63,992 bases of DNA, filler included, from Lama guanicoe (GCA_013239625.1; 96 parts of 96 records of this genome joined end to end with filler, not necessarily neighbours in it); one strand, 5' to 3'. Positions 35,538 to 48,429 are shown, counted from the whole stretch's first letter. Notes: a model not told the origin generated them from the letters alone. Numbers and translations: made by a program.

Positions 35538-36491
35538 TAATAAATTGCTGTGGAAAATAAAGAGTGAAAAAAAGCGCAAGTAGATAAAGATGTATTTGAT
35601 TTGTACTTACTTGCATAAAAAAAATGAGATCCTAGTTTCCAATGTCCAAGGTACCTCAACTCTCCCACTGCGTCCCAAGGAAGGAGATTTCTAGTACTTG
35701 GTNNNNNNNNNNNNNNNNNNNNNNNNNNNNNNNNNNNNNNNNNNNNTTAATTAATTAANNNNNNNNNNNNNNNNNNNNNNNNNNNNNNNNNNNNNNNNNN
35801 NNAAAAAACCAAGTTGGCTTCCAGATGTTAATGGATATACTGTTCTTTCTATACATGACAGCTGCCCATATCAGACTTAGGTCATAGGACATATTTCTAA
35901 TCAGTTACCTAAAGCTTTTATGTTTCTGTTTGTTTTGTTTTTGTTTCATTGGCTTTTTTTCTGCATAAAAAAGACAATGGTGCCCTAGATGCCTTGGTGA
36001 TAATTTGTCTCTGGTTACAACTCACTTGTGGGAGATGAAGTAGCCCTAATTGGACCACATTGTTCAAGTATCTTCATGCCAAAGGGGTGGTTGTGTCCAA
36101 GCTGATTTGAGAAACAAGGAGCCTTTAAAATTCTGGCTTTGAAGAACCAAGCCCCTGACTAAAATGCTGACGTGCACCCTTAAATCAAGACGTATTATGA
36201 ATTCCTTTTCCACCAGTAAAAAGTGAGACTGAAGGAAATGTGGTGCATATTTATTGCTCTCTAGCTGTTGCTATAGCCATTCAAATTATTCTGCAGAGCA
36301 CCAGGCGTCACTCTCTGAAGGTCTCCTGCAGAGCAAGGTCTTTAAATTTCCGTTTCGGTTTCATTCCCCAGAGAGTCTGGGATGATCACTGGCTGTCACT
36401 CATGGTTCATTTTCCCCCTGTGCTGAAATCACACCTTTCACCATGACGTGAGAGCCTAAATAGAGACTTTCTCTGACTGTAATATCTACAA

Positions 36492-36655
36492 CAGTGGTTC
36501 TAACCTGGTGGTGACATTTTTAGTTATCTCATCGAGATGGGGTGCTGCTGGCCATTACTGGGTGGGGACTAGGGACCCTGCTGGACATCCTATAAGGCGC
36601 AGGACGGTCCCTATCACCGAGAATTATCTGACGCCAAATGTCAAGAGTGCAAAGA
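36492..36655 (+). mobile_element. MER20 hAT element
   Basis: cagtggttctaacctgg...gacatttttagtt...ggggtgctgctggcca...acatcctataaggcgcaggacgg...gaattatctgacgccaaatgtcaagagtgc. Confidence 0.85.
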
Positions 36656-36850
36656 TCTATACAGAACTATAGCCACGATGGAATTGTGCTGTTTGGGTTT
36701 CTGGTCTACCAGCACTGTGCTCCATGACAGATTCTGATGCAATGTAGTTGNNNNNNNNNNNNNNNNNNNNNNNNNNNNNNNNNNNNNNNNNNNNTTAATT
36801 AATTAANNNNNNNNNNNNNNNNNNNNNNNNNNNNNNNNNNNNNNNNNNNN

Positions 36851-37370
36851 AATTCTGGTTTCTGTATTCTGTTTCCATATTCTATATTCTGTGTTCTAAT
36901 TTGTATATTCTCCATACTATATTCTGAATTCCGTATTTTATATTCTATATTCTGCGTTCTACATTCTATATTCTAAATTCTATATTCAGTATTCTGTATT
37001 CTATAGTTTAAATTCTGTATTCTACATTCTTTACTCTTAATCCTATATTCTGTATTCTGTATTCTATACTATATATTATGTGTTCTGCATTCCTTGTTCT
37101 AAATTCTGAGTTCTATATTCTGTTTTCCATATTTTATATTCTGTGTTCTTCATTCTATATTCTGTATTCTATATTCTGCATTCCGTATTTTATATTCTAT
37201 ATTCTGCGTTCTACATTCTATATTCTAAATTCTATATTCAGTATTCTGTATTCTATAGTTTAAATTCTGTATTCTACATTCTTTACTCTTAATCCTATAT
37301 TCTGTATTCTGTATTCTATACTATATATTATGTGTTCTGCATTCCATGTTCTAAATTCTGAGTTCTATAT
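36851..37370 (+). repeat. Heptamer (TATTCTR)n satellite with a 252-bp higher-order repeat
   Basis: Degenerate 7-mers throughout. Unique variants recur exactly 252 bp apart (ccgtatttta at 36931 and 37183; tgttctgcattcc at 37081 and 37333). Confidence 0.93.
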
Positions 37371-37707
37371 NNNNNNNNNNNNNNNNNNNNNNNNNNNNNN
37401 NNNNNNNNNNNNNNTTAATTAATTAANNNNNNNNNNNNNNNNNNNNNNNNNNNNNNNNNNNNNNNNNNNNTTGTTTCCACAGGGACATAGCGCAGCAGCA
37501 CGCTGCTCAGCCAGATTCCAATACTAACCTCTTTGGAAACTATTGTAGATTTTTAATTTCTAAGTTAATGTTTTACTGTTGTAAATATGTCTCATGGGAA
37601 CAGCAATCCTAACAACTCCTTGTTGACAAAGCCTTACTTCACCTTTCTGTGTTAGAACATAAGGGGGTCCTTATAAGGCAAGGAAACTTGTAATGAAACC
37701 TACAGAT

Positions 37708-37988
37708 GAATAGCACCAAATGCCACCAAAAACTACACCCCTTCAGCGTAAGGATTATTTTGAACTGAAGGCAATTGAGAAGAAGCAGATCCAAGGAAAT
37801 TTCTGTCTACCCGCTATTTGCCCGAATGCAGAACATAGATTTGTACAAATGTCAAACTCCAACAAGCCCAGATGCCCGTCAGCCCCGAGACAGCCCTGGA
37901 GGACACGACGTAACAACCTGGACTGACCAGCTAGTATCTTGCCACTGGTTTCTTACAGGTTTATCTGCCTACAATTTGCCACCCTTTG
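37708..37988 (+). mobile_element. MER34-like ERV1 LTR, 5' part
   Basis: atgccacc...taaggattattttgaactgaaggcaattgagaagaagcagat...ctatttgcccgaatgcagaacatagatttgta. Confidence 0.75.
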
Positions 37989-40827
37989 NNNNNNNNNNNN
38001 NNNNNNNNNNNNNNNNNNNNNNNNNNNNNNNNTTAATTAATTAANNNNNNNNNNNNNNNNNNNNNNNNNNNNNNNNNNNNNNNNNNNNAGTTTCTTGTGT
38101 AGCTGTCCTCCACCTCCCTTTCAAATATCTCTCCAAATAGTAAAAGTTATACTAGAGCCAATTTTGCATCCAGACGGTTCTCCATGTCAAGATTTCAAAA
38201 ACAGCTTCTCATCCCTTTAATACAGTTTAATACTTTATCTCACTGAAAATGTGCTTAATTTCAACGTGTCATCACAGAAAACTCATTCATCTACTTTACC
38301 TGGTTTCCTTTTATTTTTGACGTTGAATTTTAGCTGTAATGGCTTCTAGTAAAAGGAATCCCCCTTTACGACTAAAACCTACCAGCTAAGGCTAAATCAC
38401 ACATGAAGATGGTCTGGCAGGTCTCCGTGTAAAATTCTAGCTGATAAAACTACAGCTGCCATCTTATGATAGGGTTCTGTTGGGGAAAAAATAATCATAG
38501 AACTTAGGAGAAGATTGCCTCTGGCTGTTGATTCAGTGAACCTGACAGGTCTCTGCATTTGTCAAGAGGCCCACAGGGACACCTATGTTGAAACCATGAT
38601 GGTAGAGAAGGAAAGTGAGGGCAAAAAATACCTTCTGAGTGCCTGCACTTGGTCCCTTTTTCTCTAGAACTGCTCTTGTCTCTCAGAGTTTCCCAGGGGT
38701 CAGTCTGTTATGCCAGGACCAGGGTCACTTCTGCAACTTACTTTCTCCTTCCCAAATTTACATTCTGGTGTGCATGTCTTAGCTTTGTCGGGTGTCTTAG
38801 GAAACCTTCTGCAGACCTTAGAAATACACACTCTNNNNNNNNNNNNNNNNNNNNNNNNNNNNNNNNNNNNNNNNNNNNTTAATTAATTAANNNNNNNNNN
38901 NNNNNNNNNNNNNNNNNNNNNNNNNNNNNNNNNNCACTTTCTTTCTCTCCATTTGTTTGCTCTGCCTCCAGAATGTAGCCTCCCTTTTGCTGGGCTCTCC
39001 TCTTCAAACCCCAAAGTAGCCTCCGCATCTCACAGAACTACACAATCCCAGGTTTCAAGTCCAAGAGGGTCTGCTGCCTAGAGAATTCAAAGTCCCAGCT
39101 TTGAGTCTCATTGGAGACTTTTTGGCCAGACTGGAGACAAATGTCTTAACCAACTAGTGGAGCCGAGGAGATGGGGTGTGTTGATTGGCTTAAGCCAGTT
39201 TAATGGTTTAAGCCAGTTAGATTCTAACTTCGGAGTTAGAACAGCAAGTTCTAACTCAACTCACGTGGCTGAAAAATGTGGGGTATTGTTAGGAAAGGAG
39301 AAAAAAGGCTAGGTTCTGGAGAAGCATGCGAGAAACACCTTATTTCACATCATGTTTGTGACACCAAACACTTATTATGTGCTTAGAATATGCCAGCACT
39401 GTGTGAGGGGCCAGACTGGGGGAGGATGAGGTATGGGGAAGTACAAGATGTGGAGATGAATANNNNNNNNNNNNNNNNNNNNNNNNNNNNNNNNNNNNNN
39501 NNNNNNTTAATTAATTAANNNNNNNNNNNNNNNNNNNNNNNNNNNNNNNNNNNNNNNNNNNNGGCCTCTGTGGCTGCCTGCTGTCCATCCCGGGGCTCGG
39601 CTGCACCCTCCGAGCCTCTGGCAGCGCCATCAACCGTCCAGAGCCCAGTGGCGAGCTAGCGAGCAGTGTGCAGCCCGGGACCACCCTGACCCGTCGCCTC
39701 AGACGGAGGCCCTGGGCCCAGCGGGGCAGGGCACCCAGGCGGGAAGTGGAACTTCGTCCAGCCCTGCCCGCCGGCACTCTGCCCGGGATCCCTGTCTGGT
39801 GGCTGTCACCATGTTGATGGGAGCCTGGACTGCCCCGTCCCCACAAGGTGAGGGGTGAGGGTTCAGCTGAGGTAGCCTTGCATTCTGGGTATGGGGGGAT
39901 CCCGCGGTGAAGGCGGACAGGCTGAGGGGTGAGGGGGCCAGCCTTGGTGAGGGCCCCTTGGAGNNNNNNNNNNNNNNNNNNNNNNNNNNNNNNNNNNNNN
40001 NNNNNNNTTAATTAATTAANNNNNNNNNNNNNNNNNNNNNNNNNNNNNNNNNNNNNNNNNNNNGCTGGCCTGAGGGCCTGACATCCAAGGAAATGGACAA
40101 AGTGGAAGTAGACTACTTTAGAATGAATCTTGTTGGAAGAGACAACAAAGAAACCTTACTGAGCAGGCGGCTGCGCAGAGCACAGCAGCAGGGGCTTCGC
40201 TGTCCAACAGGGCAGACTTTGAGGCCCAGTCATGAAACCAGCTGTGAAGGTCAGCTATGACCTCCAGCGGGCTGTAAGCACCAGTTAGTTATTTACAAAA
40301 TGGAAACAATAGTATTACAAGGTCCTCAGAGCTGCTGTGAGGACTGTGTGACACACCTCCCGCAAAATGCTTCTGGAACATGCTGGCACAGCATAATTGA
40401 TCCAGAGATGTGATGATGAAGTGAAAGATAAGGAGGAGGAAGTGGAGACAGAGGGGGCGAGGGGTCTCGTACCTGACTGGTCTCTGAGAGAGTGATATTG
40501 ATGTTGCTGGAGCCAGACTGTTTGTCACGTGCACCTCCTCGTTTGGGATGCTGAGCACCTCTGAGCCCTTCTTCCTGTCTCCAGCTCAGATGGACGTTTT
40601 CTGGTGTGGCAGCAGTGACCACGGCCAGCCTCCGTGGTTCCATTCTTGCCCTGACTCTAGAATTATGAGGAATTCTTATAATTTAGGCATTCCTTTTACT
40701 TCCTGTCTTTTCATTTTCTCTGACTTTNNNNNNNNNNNNNNNNNNNNNNNNNNNNNNNNNNNNNNNNNNNNTTAATTAATTAANNNNNNNNNNNNNNNNN
40801 NNNNNNNNNNNNNNNNNNNNNNNNNNN

Positions 40828-41147
40828 GCAGGCCCAGGAGAGGGCAGGCTCAGATGAAGGCAGGCTTAGGTGAGGGAAGTACCAGGAGAGGGCAGGCCCA
40901 GGTGAGAGCAGGACCAGGACATGGCAGGCCCAGGTGAGGGGAAGCCCAGGAGATAGTGGGAAGGACCAGGTGAGGGCAGGCCAAGGAGAGGGCAGGAACA
41001 AGAGAGGGCAGCCCCAAGTGAGAGCGTGTCCAGGTAAGGTCAGACCCAAGTCATGGCAGGCCTAGGAGAGGGCTGGACCAAGAGAGGGCATATCCAGGAG
41101 AGGGTACGATGAGGAAAGGGCAGGCCCACGGGAGGGCCGGCCCAGGA
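40828..41147 (+). repeat. G-rich 16-bp minisatellite (GCAGGCCCAGGWGAGG)n, about 20 diverged units
   Basis: gcaggcccaggagagg|gcaggctcagatgaag|gcaggcttaggtgagg|gaagtaccaggagagg|gcaggcccaggtgaga|gcaggaccaggacatg and so on. Confidence 0.9.
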
Positions 41148-42249
41148 NNNNNNNNNNNNNNNNNNNNNNNNNNNNNNNNNNNNNNNNNNNNTTAATTAAT
41201 TAANNNNNNNNNNNNNNNNNNNNNNNNNNNNNNNNNNNNNNNNNNNNACATGAGCTGTGTGGGTCCAGTGCAAGGTGAGCCCTCCAGTCACCCCAACATG
41301 GCCTCGCCACTATCAGATAACCAGGGAGGCAGTGGGCACCCGTCTCCATAGCTGTTTGGGAAAATTAGACCTTATTGGGGCTGGAGGCTTTTCCAGTCAG
41401 GGATACGTCCTGACATGAAGTCAGAGATGGGAGCCTGAGGTTCCTGGCTCCTGGGAAGGCTGCCACACGGGGCTGAGGGACTTCCTGAACAGTGAGGTCC
41501 CAGCCCTGCGGGAAATCAGCTGTAGGAACAGGGCCCATCTGTGGTCACTTAGGGAACTTCGGCCAGGCCCTGGCCATAGCCCGGGTCCCCGTGAAGGGCG
41601 GCTGCGTGCTTTCTTCCTGAAGGCGCGCAGCTGGGGGCCCCCACAGCTGCCTAAGGGACGTCCTCTCACATGTGGCAGATGGTGACTTCCGTCCTCACCG
41701 CTCCTCAGGAGACGCTGAGGCACGGGACAAAGATGCCTCACGTGGGCCGGCCTGGCTCCCCTCACTGCCCAGAGCCACCGGGAGAAGCAGGCAGGAAGCC
41801 CCTCCAGAAAAGGGAGGGCCAGGGCCCCCCTGCCAGTGACCTCTGGCTTAGTCCGATTTGTGTCAGGCATCTACAGGGCTTCCCTCCCCAGAGCTGCCTA
41901 CGATGGGNNNNNNNNNNNNNNNNNNNNNNNNNNNNNNNNNNNNNNNNNNNNTTAATTAATTAANNNNNNNNNNNNNNNNNNNNNNNNNNNNNNNNNNNNN
42001 NNNNNNNTGATGACAGGCAGATCTTCCACTGTCTGCCCTTTTAGGTTCTGGAAACTTACCCGTGATCTCAGGTCTTTGGTCAGCAGCAGTATCTCCCACT
42101 TACACAGATTCCAGGACCTAAGACTTAAGCCAAGCTCCACAGAGGGCAGCAGCCCCTCTATCACACAGATCCACCCACAGATCTCTGCCCGGTTACCTAA
42201 GATCCACCATCCACAACAAGCCTCACGTTACACACCTTCATTCCCTATA

Positions 42250-42635
42250 ATTGCCTTCTGTGAGCATGGTGATTCAGCCACTGCTACTGGGATTTCCAGC
42301 ACATACCTCAAGCTTTCCTTGGCAGTCAGATATAGGAAAACACTCAGGGGACACGAGCTAAGGGATTCCATTAGTACCCACGCGCTGACAACCGTTGGTG
42401 GATCCTCCCCACGCTTAGGATTCCGGAACCCTTCTGTGTGTGTGGGGAAGCTCGAGAGACACATCCACGTATTTATCTTCAGTCACAGATGTTCCCTGTT
42501 ATGAGATAGTCTGATAAATACCTTCCCTAACCTTGGGGATGCTGCCGCTTCCACTGGGATTTCCTGCACAACCCCCTATCTTTCCATGGCAGCCAGACTC
42601 AAGAAAACACTCAGGGGCGTCGATATAAGTGATTC
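42250..42635 (+). repeat. Satellite DNA, 267-bp monomer
   Basis: cactcagggg occurs at 42341 and 42608 (267 bp apart), each preceded by actgggatttcc.gcaca...ctttcc.tggcag.caga. Confidence 0.88.
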
Positions 42636-43639
42636 NNNNNNNNNNNNNNNNNNNNNNNNNNNNNNNNNNNNNNNNNNNNTTAATTAATTAANNNNNNNNN
42701 NNNNNNNNNNNNNNNNNNNNNNNNNNNNNNNNNNNACTTTTACATATTCTGTAATTCTGCATTAAGGAATATTTATATCAATCAGATTGTGTGATACCAA
42801 TTGCCAGAAAGTTACTACTTTCCAAAAAGATTTTTTCTGGATTTTCTCTTTGGAAATTCTGGGATAACCTATTGCTTCCTTAATTCTGGCATTCTTAGAT
42901 CTAACAGAAAGTTTCACAATTTCTTGCTTTACTACCTGTATTGTATCCTTTGTACTCCTTTGTCATTTCTCTTCTCAGGTTTTGTCTTTTCAACTAAAGG
43001 CTTCCCCTTCAGAGTCTGTTTCAGTTTATTAGATTCACTTTTAATGACCATTCTGAAGTAGTCACCTTGTCATTTTTCACCCGTCGTTTTGTCTTCTCTT
43101 TCCTTTTCTTCCTCTTCCTCCTCAAGTGCGCGTCCACCTTGGGAGAATTCATAGGCTGTGGCCATGCTGCGGTTTACATCTGTCACTAGCACTGCAGCCT
43201 CCAGCAACTTTTTATTAAAGCCAGTGATGTNNNNNNNNNNNNNNNNNNNNNNNNNNNNNNNNNNNNNNNNNNNNTTAATTAATTAANNNNNNNNNNNNNN
43301 NNNNNNNNNNNNNNNNNNNNNNNNNNNNNNATCAGCTCACTGGTGAAGCCCACACTTGACCAGGAGAGGCTTGTACAAGGCGTAGACTCCAGGAATGGAG
43401 AAACCCTGAAGGGCATTGTACCAGTTGGCGCCCCACCTTTGTATTATGCCCTCTTACATTTCATGCTGCGATTATACAGTAGAGGTCTTTTTTTCAGTGG
43501 AAGCAATTGGAACACTTGGTTAAAATAGACTGGTCTTAAATAATAAATGCCCCCAATAAATGGAAAACTCAATTCCAAGCAGCCCAGCTTGTTCCCTGGA
43601 TAAGGATGTCTCTCCCCCTTGAGGATTATCTGACCCCTG

Positions 43640-43772
43640 GGACTCAGAGTGGGTCTCACGTCTCACCAGGGAGCTTGTTGAGATGCAGTCTCAGGTTGCA
43701 CTCTGAGAATCAGTGTTTTATGCAGTTGCCCTGGTGACTCGTGTGCTCATTAAAGTGTGAGAGATACTGATC
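43640..43772 (+). mobile_element. MER5-like hAT MITE
   Basis: tcaccagggagcttgttgagatgcag...tgtttta.gcagttgccctggtgactc.tgtgctcattaaagtgtgagagatactg. Confidence 0.55.
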
Positions 43773-45262
43773 TAGCCCAGCACTTCTCAACCTGGATGCA
43801 CAGGGGACTCACCTGAGCAGGTGTCTCTGTCCCATTTCCCAGGCATTTGTGCATCTTATTCATCATGTGCATGCCCTGGGCAAGGTTCTCTCCTGATTCT
43901 TAAGGTGTACTGAAAGTGCTAATATGTCTCCATGTGGACTGGAATAATCAGTGATAGAAAAGAGAATGCCAGAACAATTTTATGTATATAATTTTTCATT
44001 TCTATTTCTGTAAAATCAAGTTATTTTAAAAATTACTTTCTTTTGTGTCACATAGAACAGTTGAGGGTGTGTTTTTCCATCCCGGTGTAATTTTAGTGTT
44101 CAGTCTTGATCACAGATGACTTAAAACATTTCCTAAAGTTCTTGATGATTTAGCTATGTAGTAAAGATTCTAAAGTTCTCCGTGGCACTGCCGAATATTT
44201 TTAGGAGGCATCGTTTCACTTCTTATTGTTTTTTTTTTTTTTAACATTTTTTAAGTTGAGTTACAGTCATATTACAATGTTGTGTCAAATTCCAGTGTAG
44301 AGCACAATTTTTCNNNNNNNNNNNNNNNNNNNNNNNNNNNNNNNNNNNNNNNNNNNNTTAATTAATTAANNNNNNNNNNNNNNNNNNNNNNNNNNNNNNN
44401 NNNNNNNNNNNNNTTATTGGAGAGCACCAGTGGTTGCAATGTGAAATGCCTCTAAGAATGTATTGTTTAGACACGCTCACTGAGTCATGATGTCTGTCTA
44501 TAGAGGTTATTTTTCTGAACGTGATCAGAAAGGAGCATGTTGCAGAGGTATTTTTAAGCTACAGATGGCATCCAAAAGTTAGAAAAACTAGAAAATGCAC
44601 TTACATAGGATGGTTTTGTTTGGAGGAAGGTTTCCTTCAGTGAATACAGAATCAGCTATTTCTGGTACAGAATTTTTGAAAGAATTATACCAGAAATTAA
44701 ACAACTGGAAAAATAATTCATCTTTCAGTAGACTGGACTAAATTACTTTGTCCAATTTAAGAGAATTAAGCCTCAAGGGCTGCACTTTAAAAACACATTT
44801 TGAAAAGTGGCTAGAGATGGTTTCAATGACTCTCCAAGCTGGACTTGCCTCCTGCTGGATAATTGCCTGATCCCTGCTTAACAGTTTCCCCTAAAACTTG
44901 AGATGGTTTGGCTCTGCTTTGCATCTTATGCACAAGAACAACTGTGATGCATTACCACTGTGGCTCGTGGTTAGATTCATGTCTGTCCCAGAATACTTTC
45001 TGGGCCACTGTAGATTACTCAAGAATAGAGATGCTGGACAGAATAAATACACTAATATCATCTTTTATTACTTTCCCTAGAAGGTTAAGTAGAACTGGTG
45101 TATGTGTACTTACTTCCTCTGGAGGCTTTTATTTACAATTTTATTTAGAAGAGTAAAGTTGTNNNNNNNNNNNNNNNNNNNNNNNNNNNNNNNNNNNNNN
45201 NNNNNNTTAATTAATTAANNNNNNNNNNNNNNNNNNNNNNNNNNNNNNNNNNNNNNNNNNNN

Positions 45263-45961
45263 ATATTGAGATTGAAGCCTGGTTTGCTTAAAAACTCTCT
45301 CCTCTCCTCTCCTCTCTCTCCCCCTCCCCCTTTCCCTCTCTCACAAGTGTGCGCACACACACACACACCTAAAACATTAAAAATGTTTGGTTGCTGATAG
45401 ACCATTTCGCTTTCAAAACGTAAAGTTTCCAGCTGCCCCTTTCATTAAACCACGTCCTTGACACGACAGACAAGATAGCGGGCCTCTCCAGCACCACACC
45501 TGCTCATCTACGTGGAGCAATTTTTTTTTCAGGGTCTTTAAGACAAAACCTTTCTCCTCACACTGTCTTCCCACCCCCTTCACTTTTTTAACTGGAAACA
45601 CGTAGTATCCGCCTCCTTCTCTTGATCCCTATAGCCCATCTCTGCTCTCTGCCTAGTTTCTCACCCCACACCCTGGTCACCTCCAAAGGTGAGTCATGGT
45701 GCGGCTCAGGGAGCTTCAGCCTCAGGGCCCCTCACCCATGGGTCTCTGGTGGTGCTGGGCGCTGCCCAGGGGTCCAGGTGGGGAGGCAAAGCCATCAGAG
45801 AGCATTTCGATGTGAGCAATTCCACCAAACTGCCAGAAAAGAAGCAGAAGAAAGCATTCTGAGTCTCCAAAGCATCAATAATCTGTTCCAATTTATTTTT
45901 TCATCCTAAATAAACATCTAAATAGGCAATTTTATACATACTTTTGTATTTTTTTCTTAAG
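45263..45961 (+). repeat. Second copy of the 11208-11903 contig
   Basis: End-to-end collinear match. Confidence 0.97.
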
Positions 45962-46061
45962 NNNNNNNNNNNNNNNNNNNNNNNNNNNNNNNNNNNNNNN
46001 NNNNNTTAATTAATTAANNNNNNNNNNNNNNNNNNNNNNNNNNNNNNNNNNNNNNNNNNNN

Positions 46062-46445
46062 TAGGTGTGTTTCAGTAGAGGACTGATCATCTGTGATATA
46101 TGCATACAATTGAACACTACTCAGCCATACAAATGAACAACCACTAATGCAATCAACAACCTATGTGGAACTAAAGAATCTGGAGTCAACAAGTACTTAC
46201 TGCATTACTCTGTTTATATACAATTCAAGAACAGGTACAATTAATCTGTAGTGACTGAAAGTTGCTCAGTGACAGCCCACAGCCTAGGGTGAGGGTTAAA
46301 GGGACAAGAGAATGTTTTACAATGATGGAAATAGTCTGAATTTTTGTTTATTTGCCATATACACAAGCCCACATCCTCTTGACAAAACTCATTGAATGAT
46401 ACACCTAAAATGGGTTTGCTTCACTGTATGTGATGTATATCCCCA
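46062..46445 (+). mobile_element. Old L1 3'UTR
   Basis: catacaattgaacactactcagccat...caattcaagaacaggtacaattaatctgtagtga...caaaactcattgaatgatacacctaaaatggg. Confidence 0.75.
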
Positions 46446-47330
46446 TCCTCGTGTTTTTCCTCTACCCACACTTTGTACTTCGTCCCTTTGTAAGCAAACC
46501 TCAATTCCGTTCTGCAATGTCATCTGTTTTTTATTCAGATCCTGACTGAAACAGTGGCTTATAGTTCTAAACATTCTTCAAGTATTATCCATCCTATAAG
46601 GCTAGGTCAGTTTATTTGTCAGGTGTTTGTGANNNNNNNNNNNNNNNNNNNNNNNNNNNNNNNNNNNNNNNNNNNNTTAATTAATTAANNNNNNNNNNNN
46701 NNNNNNNNNNNNNNNNNNNNNNNNNNNNNNNNTCTGCCCTGGGCTCTGGGGAGAGTCACCCTCCTTGCCGCCTGCTTCCCAACTCCCTGTTGGCAGGTTG
46801 AAATTAAATACAACTCTGACATCGTCTGTTCCGGCATGCGACCTCCAAGGTCATTCTGTCATGTCAGATTCATGCCCAGTGCCCCATCTCGGCCTCTGGC
46901 GTTTGCTGCCCCACAGTGGCTCCCTGCTTTTTTGCCCTCTGGTCACACGTCCCTGCAGGGTGGATGGACACTGGGACCGGGTTCTGACATGTAGACTGAN
47001 NNNNNNNNNNNNNNNNNNNNNNNNNNNNNNNNNNNNNNNNNNNTTAATTAATTAANNNNNNNNNNNNNNNNNNNNNNNNNNNNNNNNNNNNNNNNNNNNG
47101 TGAGTGCCCGGGCTCTGAAAAGAAGCTGAAGTGACAAAACAAAATGACAGATTGTGAAGCCCACATGCTATTCCCTCCCTTCTTGGAGCCCCAAACTCTG
47201 CTGCTAAGTTCATGGTCTCTTGGTCCTAGAGAGGAGCCGTGTTTTCTTTGGGTTGCAGATCCTAGGAATCTTGATCAATTTCTCAGGGCAGTACCCAGAC
47301 ACTGTTCATTGCAGCTACACTCAGTAGCTA

Positions 47331-47675
47331 CATGCATTCAGCCTTCTGTACCTGCAGTTTCTGCATCCAGGGATTCAACCCTCCATGGATGGAAAATATT
47401 TGAGAAAAAAATTCTAGAAAGTTCCAGAAAGCAAAACTTGAACTTGCTGCACACCAGTAACTTTTTCCATAGCATTGTGTTGCATTTTCAACTATTTAGG
47501 TAGCATTTACACTGCATTAGATATCATAAGTAATCCAGAGATGATTCAAAGCATGCAAGAGGATGAGCATTCATATGCAACACTACGCCATTTTATATAA
47601 CGCACTTGTGCATCCGTGGATTTGATATTGGGATGGGTACTGGAACCAATTCCCCGTGATACTGGGGGATGACTG
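47331..47675 (-). mobile_element. MER2 (Tigger-family MITE), essentially full length
   Basis: ctgcatccagggattcaacc...gaaaatatttg...aagtaatccagagatgatt...gccattttatataa...catccgtggattt...tggaaccaattcccc.tgatactgggggatgactg, with TA at both flanks. Confidence 0.9.
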
Positions 47676-47986
47676 TAATAGCCTCTTCGTCTGAGTCTCA
47701 GCCTGCACCTGAAGGCAGGACAGCTTCTCTCTGCCTTTGTGTGGAAGAAGGAAGAGACATCTTTTGATCCAAATAGTCTCTTCCTGTGCATGAGGTTCTT
47801 AAACGAGCGTGTGAAATGTGCCCGTCCGGACCAGTTTCAGAGATTCTGAAACTGTCAGAGTCCTGGGACAGGTAACTCAGGAAGCCNNNNNNNNNNNNNN
47901 NNNNNNNNNNNNNNNNNNNNNNNNNNNNNNTTAATTAATTAANNNNNNNNNNNNNNNNNNNNNNNNNNNNNNNNNNNNNNNNNNNN

Positions 47987-48429
47987 TTTTTGATGACATG
48001 ATAATCTATATAGATATCCCTACAGATTCTCCACAGCAAAACAACTAAAACTAAAAAAGACATTTAGCAAAGTAGTATGACTCATGATTAATATACAAAA
48101 ACAGTCAGATTTCTTTACACTAACAATGAAATATTCCATAATTTTAAAAAATCCATATGATATCAGATCAAAAATGAAAAACCTATGAAAAAACCAAGAT
48201 AATAAAATCTATAGGACACTGATAAAAATTTATAGATGATGCAAATAAATGGAAAGAAATCTCAAGGTCTTAATTTAGAGGAATTAATATTGTTAAAATA
48301 TACATACTACAAAAGATTTCTTCAGATATAAAATGATTCAGATCGATCTAAATGATATTTTCCTCAGAAATTAAAACAGACCTAAGATTTGTATGGAACT
48401 GCAAAATTACCAGAACTGCAAAAGTAACA
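47987..48429 (+). mobile_element. L1 ORF2 RT fragment, degraded
   Basis: tttgatgacatgataatctatataga is the F(A)DDMI.Y motif, followed by tttagcaaagta and aattaatattgttaaaat (INIVKM). Confidence 0.88.

Noticed and set aside
40828..41147. Immunoglobulin switch region
   Set aside because: It is G-rich and repetitive but lacks the AGCT/GAGCT and GGGGT pentamers typical of switch regions.
41421..41870. 149-aa ORF
   Set aside because: GC-rich sequence with no codon bias or recognisable homology.
42010..42504. Longest ORF in the track (164 aa)
   Set aside because: More than half lies in the 267-bp satellite, so it is a chance open frame.
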